Program-made: the position numbers and the translations under genes
The notes under the pieces: model-generated
Told to the model about the DNA's origin: nothing
Seen by the model: the letters and a program-made list of their open reading frames with translations, nothing else
Databases searched by the model: none
Source: a virus
Lineage: Duplodnaviria > Caudoviricetes
IMG/VR virus record: IMGVR_UViG_3300025151_000294
Location: 1-24,341 of that record
DNA: 24,341 nt
Reading direction: 5' to 3' (one strand)
In this document: piece by piece, positions 1 to 6,291 of the stretch
How positions within the stretch are numbered: the first letter of the stretch is position 1
Layout: every line of letters begins with the position of its first letter

Positions 1-522
1 TACGACATAGCTACCACTCATGAGTACAAGGGCAACAGGAAAGGTGCAGAGAAACCTAGGCATCTCCAAGGTGTTCGTCAACACATGATAGAGGGTTGGG
101 ATGCTATCGTGTCAGAGGGTGAGGAGGCTGACGATCTGATAGGAATCTGGTCTACTAAATTCGGACCTGACTGTATCGTTATCTCAGTTGACAAGGACAT
201 GATGCAGCTACCCTGTAGACACTTCAACCCTAATCGTAGGTCTTTCTCTAAGGTGTCAGAGGTAGAGGGTAACAGGTTCTTCTACTCCCAGATACTCACG
301 GGTGACAAGGCTGACAACATCATAGGTCTGTATGGCATAGGCCCAAAGAAAGCTGAGAAGATACTTGAGGACTGCGAAGAGGAGGCTGATATGTATGAGG
401 CTTGTCTGCGTAGTTACGGAGGAGAAGAAGACAGAGTAATAGAAAACGGTAAGCTTCTCTGGTTGCGTAGGTTTGAGGGTCAGATATGGGAACCACCCAA
501 ATGCGATTCAGATCAGGACTAG
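1..522 (+). CDS. 5'-3' exonuclease (T7 gp6 / flap-endonuclease-like), 5'-truncated by the window
   Basis: Frame is open from base 1 (YDIATTHEYKGNRKG...). Motifs YKGNR, EADD, SVDKD and GDKADNIIGLYGIGPKKA (helix-hairpin-helix) are typical of this family. Confidence 0.93.
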   Translation, partial: YDIATTHEYKGNRKGAEKPRHLQGVRQHMIEGWDAIVSEGEEADDLIGIWSTKFGPDCIVISVDKDMMQLPCRHFNPNRRSFSKVSEVEGNRFFYSQILTGDKADNIIGLYGIGPKKAEKILEDCEEEADMYEACLRSYGGEEDRVIENGKLLWLRRFEGQIWEPPKCDSDQD

Positions 523-872
523 AGGAACGTACAGCCAAGTACCTAAAGAAGCTCAAGGTAAAGTTCACATACGAGAAACTAAAAATCAGATGGCAAGACC
601 TGAGATACAGAACTTACACACCTGACTTTGTACTGGCTAACGGAATCATAATAGAAACTAAAGGAAGGTTCATCGCATCTGACAGGCAGAAACACTTGAT
701 GATAAAAGAACAACACCCTGACCTAGACATAAGATTTGTTTTCTCTAACCCTAACTCTAAGCTTTACAAAGGATCAAAGACAACGTATGCTGGTTGGTGT
801 GATAAACATGGTTTCAAATGGGCTAAAGAAAAAATACCTCTTGAGTGGATAAAAGAAAGGAAAGGTACTTGA
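501..872 (+). CDS. Endonuclease I / Holliday junction resolvase (T7 gp3-like)
   Basis: FRSGLEE, YTPDFVL, IIIETKGRF and LDIRFVF motifs. Start moved from 486 to the ATG at 501 (MRFRSGLE) to match the family N-terminus. Confidence 0.93.
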   Translation: MRFRSGLEERTAKYLKKLKVKFTYEKLKIRWQDLRYRTYTPDFVLANGIIIETKGRFIASDRQKHLMIKEQHPDLDIRFVFSNPNSKLYKGSKTTYAGWCDKHGFKWAKEKIPLEWIKERKGT

Positions 873-897
873 CAATGCTAGACGAAGAGAGTAAAAT
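869..897 (+). promoter_or_regulatory. sigma70-type promoter TTGACA-N17-TAAAAT
   Basis: TTGACA at 869-874, 17-nt spacer, TAAAAT at 892-897. It would transcribe mazG, nrdJ and downstream genes. Confidence 0.7.
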
Positions 898-1060
898 ACT
901 TGCTCTTGCTGAGAACTATGATCTACAGTTTCTTCTAGAAGAGAACGACATAAGGAGTACCTTTGTCATCAAGTACCTAGTAGAAGAAGGATTGATAGAC
1001 TTAGAAGATTACTTTAATCTAGACGCAGAAATAGAAGAGTGGAGAAGACTAGAAGAATGA
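875..1060 (+). CDS. Small highly acidic hypothetical protein (61 aa)
   Basis: ATG at 875 after AAGGAAAGG. Stop overlaps the next start (ATGA). 19 D/E against 5 K/R. Confidence 0.75.
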   Translation: MLDEESKILALAENYDLQFLLEENDIRSTFVIKYLVEEGLIDLEDYFNLDAEIEEWRRLEE

Positions 1061-1419
1061 TAAACGAGACTGACATAGAAGCCTTTGAATACTACAACAG
1101 CCATGAGATGACACTCAACGAATACCAAAGAAAGGCTAGGACTACAGCTATCTATGCAGCTAACTGTGCTATCCTGTACCCTGCTTTGGGTATGGTAGGA
1201 GAGGCTGGTGAGGTAGCTAACAAAGTAAAGAAGATACTAAGAGACGGTACGTTTGATCGTGATGCCATATCTAAAGAACTAGGTGATGTCTTATGGTACC
1301 TCTCTATCTTAGCTAAAGACTTAGGTTTTAATCTGTCAGACATAGCATATGACAACTTGAAGAAACTGGAAGACAGACAGAACCGAGGCACACTACAAGG
1401 TTCAGGGGATAAAAGATGA
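1057..1419 (+). CDS. mazG: MazG-like nucleotide pyrophosphohydrolase
   Basis: LNEYQ...LGMVGEAGEVANKVKK...KELGDVLWY...NLKKLEDR...LQGSGD pattern. ATGA coupling at both ends. Confidence 0.88.
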   Translation: MINETDIEAFEYYNSHEMTLNEYQRKARTTAIYAANCAILYPALGMVGEAGEVANKVKKILRDGTFDRDAISKELGDVLWYLSILAKDLGFNLSDIAYDNLKKLEDRQNRGTLQGSGDKR

Positions 1420-3314
1420 ACAACTATTTACCAACAGATTACCAAGAGTTCATACACAAGTCAAGGTACGCAAAGTACTTCGATGGTAAGGGACGTGAGT
1501 CATGGGAAGAGACAGTAGAACGATACATGGAGAACATTGTCTACCCTAAGCTAGGTGAGGACACATACACAAAGTCAATACGGGATGCTATCCTAAGTCT
1601 TGAGGTCATGCCATCTATGCGGTCAATGATGACAGCAGGTCCAGCCTCTAAGAGAGACAACACCTGTATGTATAACTGTAGCTACCTACCCGTAGATGAC
1701 CCTAAGTCCTTCGATGAGGCTATGTTCATCCTCCTCTGTGGTACTGGTGTCGGCTTCAGTGTCGAGAGGCAGTATGTATCCAAACTCCCTGAGGTACCTG
1801 AGTTGTTCGACAGTGAAACCACTATTGTCGTCAAGGACAGTAAGGAGGGTTGGGCTAAAGCTTTCAGACAATTGTTGGCACTCCTATGGGCTGGTGAGAT
1901 TCCTCAGTGGGACATTGGTTTGGTACGTCCAGCAGGTGCAAGACTAAAAACTTTTGGTGGTAGAGCCAGTGGCCCTGCACCTCTCGTTGATCTCTTCAAC
2001 TTTGCTATCAAGACGTTCAAGGATGCTCAAGGACGTAAGCTGTCTAGCATTGAGTGCCATGACCTTATGTGTAAGGTAGGTGAGATCGTAGTTGTAGGTG
2101 GTGTCAGACGGTCAGCTATGATCTCTCTGTCTAATCTGTCAGATGACCGTATGCGTCACGCTAAGTCAGGTGCTTGGTGGGAGAACAATCCGCAACGAGC
2201 CTTGGCTAACAACAGTGTGAGCTACACAGAGAAACCAGATGCTGTCTCATTTATGAGAGAGTGGATGGCCTTGGTGGAATCAGGAAGTGGAGAACGAGGA
2301 GTATTCAATCGTGAAGCATCTAAGAAACAAGCTGAGAAATATGGCAGACGTGATCCTAACTATGACTTCGGAACTAATCCTTGCTCAGAGATTATCCTAC
2401 GTCCATATCAGTTCTGTAATCTCACTGAAGTTGTCGTCAGGTCTACGGACACTGTTGAGGATTTGGAACGAAAAGTCCGCATTGCAACTGTTCTTGGAAC
2501 AATTCAATCAACCTACACCCACTTCCCATATCTGCGGAAGGTGTGGCAACGTAATACAGAAGAAGAACGACTGTTGGGTGTGTCACTCACGGGGATAATG
2601 GACAACCCTTTACTAACGAGTAAGAATCATGGCTTATCAAAAACTCTCACGCACCTTAGGCAGGTTGCAGTTGATACTAATACTGACGTCAGCGACAAGC
2701 TTGGGGTTAACCTTAGTGTTGCTATTACGTGTGTCAAACCTTCAGGAACAGTCTCGCAACTCGTTGACAGTGCCTCAGGAATACATGCACGGTATTCAGA
2801 TTATTACATTAGAACCGTTAGAGCAGATAACAAAGACCCCCTTACCTCCTTCATGAAGGACATGGGTATCCCTAACGAACCAGATGTAATGAAGCCAGCT
2901 AACACTACTGTCTTCTCATTCCCTATCAAGTCACCAGATAACGCAGTTGTTACCTCTGACCTGACAGCGATAGAACAACTAGAGACTTGGCTGACCTATC
3001 AGAGATACTGGTGTGAACATAAACCCTCTGTCACTATCAATGTCAGACCTGATGAGTGGTTCGAGGTAGGAGCATTCGTGCATAAACACTTCGATGAGAT
3101 GTCAGGTGTGTCATTTTTGCCATACAATGAACATACTTATCAGCAAGCACCTTATCAAGAGATTGGCAAGAGTGACTATAATATGCTATTATCTATCATG
3201 CCAGACAAGATTGATTGGAGTAAGCTGTCTGAGTATGAGAAGGAAGACAACACTGTAGCAATGCAAACGATGGCTTGCTCAGGTGATGTGTGTGAAATCG
3301 TAGACTTAACGTAA
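1416..3314 (+). CDS. nrdJ: Class II adenosylcobalamin-dependent ribonucleotide reductase, monomeric RTPR type
   Basis: YNCS, GTGVGFSV, GGVRRSAMI, NPCSEI (radical Cys/Glu), TCVKPSGTVS and C-terminal CSGDVC pair. 632 aa, no ATP cone and no adjacent nrdB. Confidence 0.93.
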   Translation: MNNYLPTDYQEFIHKSRYAKYFDGKGRESWEETVERYMENIVYPKLGEDTYTKSIRDAILSLEVMPSMRSMMTAGPASKRDNTCMYNCSYLPVDDPKSFDEAMFILLCGTGVGFSVERQYVSKLPEVPELFDSETTIVVKDSKEGWAKAFRQLLALLWAGEIPQWDIGLVRPAGARLKTFGGRASGPAPLVDLFNFAIKTFKDAQGRKLSSIECHDLMCKVGEIVVVGGVRRSAMISLSNLSDDRMRHAKSGAWWENNPQRALANNSVSYTEKPDAVSFMREWMALVESGSGERGVFNREASKKQAEKYGRRDPNYDFGTNPCSEIILRPYQFCNLTEVVVRSTDTVEDLERKVRIATVLGTIQSTYTHFPYLRKVWQRNTEEERLLGVSLTGIMDNPLLTSKNHGLSKTLTHLRQVAVDTNTDVSDKLGVNLSVAITCVKPSGTVSQLVDSASGIHARYSDYYIRTVRADNKDPLTSFMKDMGIPNEPDVMKPANTTVFSFPIKSPDNAVVTSDLTAIEQLETWLTYQRYWCEHKPSVTINVRPDEWFEVGAFVHKHFDEMSGVSFLPYNEHTYQQAPYQEIGKSDYNMLLSIMPDKIDWSKLSEYEKEDNTVAMQTMACSGDVCEIVDLT

Positions 3315-3324
3315 GGAGAATATC

Positions 3325-3444
3325 ATGGGTCTAATAGAAGCAATTACCATAGCCTTTATCTCAATTGGTGTGCTAGAGGATATAGCCATACCTGCTGCTG
3401 GGGCAGCATGGGAAGCAATACAGGAAGATACGAATGCCGACTAA
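3325..3444 (+). CDS. Small hydrophobic protein (39 aa), not in the ORF track
   Basis: RBS AAGGAG at about 3313-3318, ATG 3325, MGLIEAITIAFISIGVLEDIAIPAAGAAWEAIQEDTNAD, TAA 3442-3444. Fills the gap between nrdJ and the next gene. Confidence 0.75.
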   Translation: MGLIEAITIAFISIGVLEDIAIPAAGAAWEAIQEDTNAD

Positions 3445-3877
3445 AAGAAAGTTTAGCAAAGAAGCCTATGATCTGTATGATCAGACAGCTAGAGATAAAC
3501 TGGTGACCCTTCTCTCTGAGAGGGGCCATACCATCATCTCCTCAGATGAAGACTACTTCGTGGACGTAGTGTCACAGAAGGATGGGTACACCTACTACAG
3601 TGAGGCTGAGGTAAAGACAGCATGGACTGATAGCTGGCCTACCAATTGGAAAGAGATCAGGATTCCTGAGAGAAAGAAGAGACTCCTAGCTAAATACCAA
3701 GAGGAGAAGGGTGTCTTAAACTTCTATGTCTTCAGTAAAGACCTCAAGCAAGTATGGAGAATCAAAGACACACAGCTAACCGAAGAGGGTTTGAAAGAAG
3801 CTAAGGGTAGATACATCCATGAGGGTGAGAGGTTCTTCCATATACCCTATACAGAAGCGGAGTTAATTAATGTCTGA
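3434..3877 (+). CDS. Hypothetical protein, probable PD-(D/E)XK nuclease fold
   Basis: Helix followed by VDVVS...YSEAEVK, which fits D...(E)xK spacing. Overlaps both neighbours. Confidence 0.6.
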   Translation: MPTKRKFSKEAYDLYDQTARDKLVTLLSERGHTIISSDEDYFVDVVSQKDGYTYYSEAEVKTAWTDSWPTNWKEIRIPERKKRLLAKYQEEKGVLNFYVFSKDLKQVWRIKDTQLTEEGLKEAKGRYIHEGERFFHIPYTEAELINV

Positions 3878-4091
3878 CATAGTAAATAACCCACCTCACT
3901 ATGGAGATGGGTCTATTGAGTGTATAGAGTACATGAAAGACAACATGGACCTTATGATGTTCATGGGGTACTTAGAGGGTAACACTAAGAAATACCTTCA
4001 CCGATACAGATACAAAGGGAAACCTTTAGAGGACTTGAAGAAAGCACAATGGTATCTTAACAGATTAGTAGAAGAGATGGAGGCTAAATGA
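3870..4091 (+). CDS. DUF3310 family protein (related to T7 gp1.7 nucleotide kinase)
   Basis: DIVNNPPHY...IECIE...GNTKKYLHRYRYKG...EDLKKAQWYL signature. GGAG RBS. Confidence 0.88.
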   Translation: MSDIVNNPPHYGDGSIECIEYMKDNMDLMMFMGYLEGNTKKYLHRYRYKGKPLEDLKKAQWYLNRLVEEMEAK

Positions 4092-4092
4092 T

Positions 4093-4323
4093 ATGGAGAC
4101 TATGTTTGCGGCACTAGCAGTTGCCTGTGGATTAATCGAAGGTGACCCGTTACTTAACCAAGGGTGTGGTATTATCTTCCAGAGACGTTTAGTTTCTACT
4201 GAGGAACAGTGTATCAGTGATGTTGCCTTGATGGTAGCCACCATGCCACCCCCTGCTGGTGCTTACATAACAGATGTCCAGTGTGTACCTGTTAAGGTTG
4301 ACCCTAAGAGCAATAAAACCTAA
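4093..4323 (+). CDS. Small exported or membrane protein with 4 Cys
   Basis: GGAGG RBS, hydrophobic N-terminus MFAALAVAC, four spaced Cys. Last gene of the + arm. Confidence 0.7.
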   Translation: METMFAALAVACGLIEGDPLLNQGCGIIFQRRLVSTEEQCISDVALMVATMPPPAGAYITDVQCVPVKVDPKSNKT

Positions 4324-4541
4324 GTTCGTTTCTTTCCTGAAGCTGTTGTTGACCACTTCACTCTCTTGGGGCCAGTCTTTTTGCTGGCCTCTTTTTTTGT
4401 TATCTTACCAGCTACTGCCTTAGGTCTACACGCAGGGTATGGTCTGCCCTTGTCACTCTTACCTGACCGACCACACTTCTTACCTGTCTTGACATCACGC
4501 CAATCCTCAGCGAACCATTTACCTAAGCCACCCTTAGCCAT
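4320..4541 (-). CDS. Basic protein (73 aa) resembling the C-terminal part of DUF5872-like proteins
   Basis: GLGKWFAEDW.DVKTGKKCGR...YPACRP motif. TAATG coupling to the upstream gene. Family call is from recall. Confidence 0.75.
   Translation of the reverse strand: MAKGGLGKWFAEDWRDVKTGKKCGRSGKSDKGRPYPACRPKAVAGKITKKEASKKTGPKRVKWSTTASGKKRT
4368..4398 (+). terminator. Intrinsic terminator of the + arm, embedded in the antisense of CDS 4320-4541
   Basis: Stem GGGGCCAG (4368-4375) / CTGGCCTC (4384-4391), 8 bp with one G-U, then T7 (4392-4398). Lies 45 nt after the last + stop. Confidence 0.7.
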
Positions 4542-4651
4542 TACTTCTTCTTTCCTCTGAGTTTCTTTAGGTCAGCAGCAGTGATCTTCTTTCTAGGTGG
4601 AGCTACAGCAGCTAGACGTTTCTGCTTAGGAGAATACTTTGAATAGGGCAT
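4541..4651 (-). CDS. Lys-rich micro-protein (36 aa), not in the ORF track
   Basis: MPYSKYSPKQKRLAAVAPPRKKITAADLKKLRGKKK. Starts in a TGATG overlap and ends in a TAATG overlap, tiling the gap exactly. Confidence 0.8.
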   Translation of the reverse strand: MPYSKYSPKQKRLAAVAPPRKKITAADLKKLRGKKK

Positions 4652-4824
4652 CACTTCTTCCTTACTCTGTTGTCTTTACCTGACCATGTGCCACCCTTAG
4701 ACTTATACCACTTGGAAGCCCAAGCGTTTGCATAAGCTGAGGGGTATACCTTGAACTTCTTCTTAGCCTCTGCCTTGGCTCTAGACCATAGGCTAGGGTT
4801 GTTTGGTTTAGGTTTACTTGCCAT
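4651..4824 (-). CDS. Basic protein (57 aa) resembling the N-terminal part of DUF5872-like proteins, not in the ORF track
   Basis: MASKPKPNNPSLWSRAKAEAKKKFKVYPSAYANAWASKWYKSKGGTWSGKDNRVRKK. GAGG RBS, and the ATG abuts the upstream TAA. Confidence 0.82.
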   Translation of the reverse strand: MASKPKPNNPSLWSRAKAEAKKKFKVYPSAYANAWASKWYKSKGGTWSGKDNRVRKK

Positions 4825-5022
4825 TTACTTTACCTCTTTTGACATCCATATACCGAAGGCTCCTGTGGCGGCTCCCATGCACACCGACACCAGTGAAGTC
4901 TGTTGTGTTGTGGGATCAGGCAAAAGCATGAACCACTCCACTACTCTCCAACTCATAATAGTGAAGGCTAACATCATAAGACGGGGAAGCACCTTCCAGT
5001 CATCTAATACAGTATGAGCCAT
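4825..5022 (-). CDS. Putative holin (65 aa, two transmembrane segments)
   Basis: Two hydrophobic stretches (VLPRLMMLAFTIMSW, LVSVCMGAATGAFGIWM) joined by PDPT, a short charged C-terminus, and location near the hydrolase and spanin genes. Confidence 0.55.
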   Translation of the reverse strand: MAHTVLDDWKVLPRLMMLAFTIMSWRVVEWFMLLPDPTTQQTSLVSVCMGAATGAFGIWMSKEVK

Positions 5023-5462
5023 TATATTTTACCTAAGTAAGCTAGAAGAACAACCAAGGCTAGACCTGCTGTAAGGACAGTAACGGTAGCTATCAAGCCC
5101 CAGAGGAGTATAGCCTCTAAGAGCTTCTCTCTTCTCTTCTGTTGTTCTTCCTGTTCTTTCTTTCGTCTAACCCTAACCTCTTTACGTAGGTCCACCAACT
5201 CTTGCCAAGCTGAGAATCCTCTAGTGGATATAACTATTTCTCTGAGCTGGTTTTCTATGTCGTTGGCTTGCTTGCGTTTGACAAAAGTGTCGAGGGCTTC
5301 CTCATTAGATGACGAGAAGAGACTGTTCTTCTTCTTTTCGTGGTCCTTCTTGGCACCATCTATAGCATCAAAGAGAGCACTCAAGTCCTTAGCAAGTGAT
5401 GCTATCTCTTTGCCAGCAGCTATCCCTGCCTTGACGCCAGCAAAAATTGTTAACGGGTCCAT
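5022..5462 (-). CDS. Membrane protein with a coiled coil and a C-terminal transmembrane anchor
   Basis: Charged helical region (RKEVRVRRKKEQEEQQKRREK) followed by about 28 hydrophobic residues. TAATG coupling to the putative holin. Confidence 0.75.
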   Translation of the reverse strand: MDPLTIFAGVKAGIAAGKEIASLAKDLSALFDAIDGAKKDHEKKKNSLFSSSNEEALDTFVKRKQANDIENQLREIVISTRGFSAWQELVDLRKEVRVRRKKEQEEQQKRREKLLEAILLWGLIATVTVLTAGLALVVLLAYLGKI

Positions 5463-5466
5463 TTGA

Positions 5467-5703
5467 TCACCACACTACGAAGTCTACGTTCTCACCTACT
5501 CTTTGTGGTACCTTGTTCATGTTGTGAGGATGATAAGCATAGGCTTCTTCATGCTTGTACTTATGAGCCTTAGCCTCTACAGCAGCCTTAGACTCCTCTA
5601 CTACCTTATTCTTAGGTGTAGTATCCTGAAAGATAACATTCTCATGTGTATAGAATGGCATCTTAGGTAGAGGTAGATATGCTAGTAGACCTGTGTTTAC
5701 CAT
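5467..5703 (-). CDS. Hypothetical protein (about 78 aa)
   Basis: Tiles between its neighbours. Likely start is the ATG at 5703, overlapping the upstream stop; 5712 is possible. Confidence 0.7.
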   Translation of the reverse strand: MVNTGLLAYLPLPKMPFYTHENVIFQDTTPKNKVVEESKAAVEAKAHKYKHEEAYAYHPHNMNKVPQRVGENVDFVVW

Positions 5704-5939
5704 TTCTTGCATGACCAGTATCTAGCTGAGAACTTATCCTTAGCTGTATCACACTTGTGTCTAGCACGAAAGGACTTACGCCTCTTAGGGTCTGACTTCT
5801 TGATCTTCATATTGGCATCCCCAAAGCGAATGATCTTCTCTTTGCCATCCTTACAAGCTTTGACAACAAACTTCTTACCACCTGAAACCTGACGCTTCGG
5901 GCTGTTACACTTCATCTTTGATTTGTCTATCTTAGCCAC
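5697..5939 (-). CDS. Basic Cys-containing protein (80 aa), DUF5754-like
   Basis: KKFVV...IIRFGD...RRKSFRARHKCD...SARYWSCKKW pattern. GTG start overlaps the spanin end. Family call is from recall. Confidence 0.72.
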   Translation of the reverse strand: MAKIDKSKMKCNSPKRQVSGGKKFVVKACKDGKEKIIRFGDANMKIKKSDPKRRKSFRARHKCDTAKDKFSARYWSCKKW

Positions 5940-6291
5940 GGTATCTTCCGAATGTTATAGTTTTTAGGAACCCTCTCCATATCTCTATGGGTGATGGAAG
6001 CATCCACCCTAGGATCATCATAAGTATGACCCATGTGGGTATGTCTTGGTTCAAGACCTTGACACTATCTACTGAGCCAGCCAGATTGAATGAACCCTTA
6101 GACTCATCTATCTGTACGTTCTCAGCTTCAATGTCTCTGCTTTGGTCTATAGCTGATTGATTGTTCGTCTTGCCTACCTGAGTGTTTGCGTTAACGGTAG
6201 GTCCACCTCCACCACCACCCCCAAGGAGAGACATGGGATTGAGGCAAGCACTAAGTGTGAGGCATAGGAGTATGGCTATAAATATTCTCAT
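5932..6291 (-). CDS. Probable unimolecular spanin (u-spanin)
   Basis: Lipoprotein signal MRIFIAILLCLTLSAC, Gly linker, polar beta-type region and a C-terminal TM (WVILMMILGWML). This is the T1 gp11 architecture. ATGA-coupled to the peptidoglycan hydrolase. Confidence 0.75.
   Translation of the reverse strand: MRIFIAILLCLTLSACLNPMSLLGGGGGGGPTVNANTQVGKTNNQSAIDQSRDIEAENVQIDESKGSFNLAGSVDSVKVLNQDIPTWVILMMILGWMLPSPIEIWRGFLKTITFGRYRG

Noticed and set aside
486-1056. ORF-track starts at 486, 845 and 1039
   Set aside because: Downstream ATGs at 501, 875 and 1057 fit the family N-termini, RBS position or ATGA coupling better.
320-2856. Alternative-frame and antisense ORFs 320-568, 1152-1391, 1686-1871, 1696-1947, 2287-2598 and 2629-2856
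   Set aside because: They lie within well-supported genes and show no recognisable motifs, so they are treated as shadow ORFs.
1416-3314. Intein or intron in nrdJ, or an upstream cobalamin riboswitch
   Set aside because: The ORF is continuous and compact, and its start overlaps the mazG stop, leaving no leader.
4366-5892. + strand ORFs 4366-4560, 4751-5017, 5224-5466 and 5707-5892 with hydrophobic translations
   Set aside because: They are antisense to Lys-rich genes, where AAR codons read as Leu/Phe. The - strand genes tile the region with coupled starts and stops.
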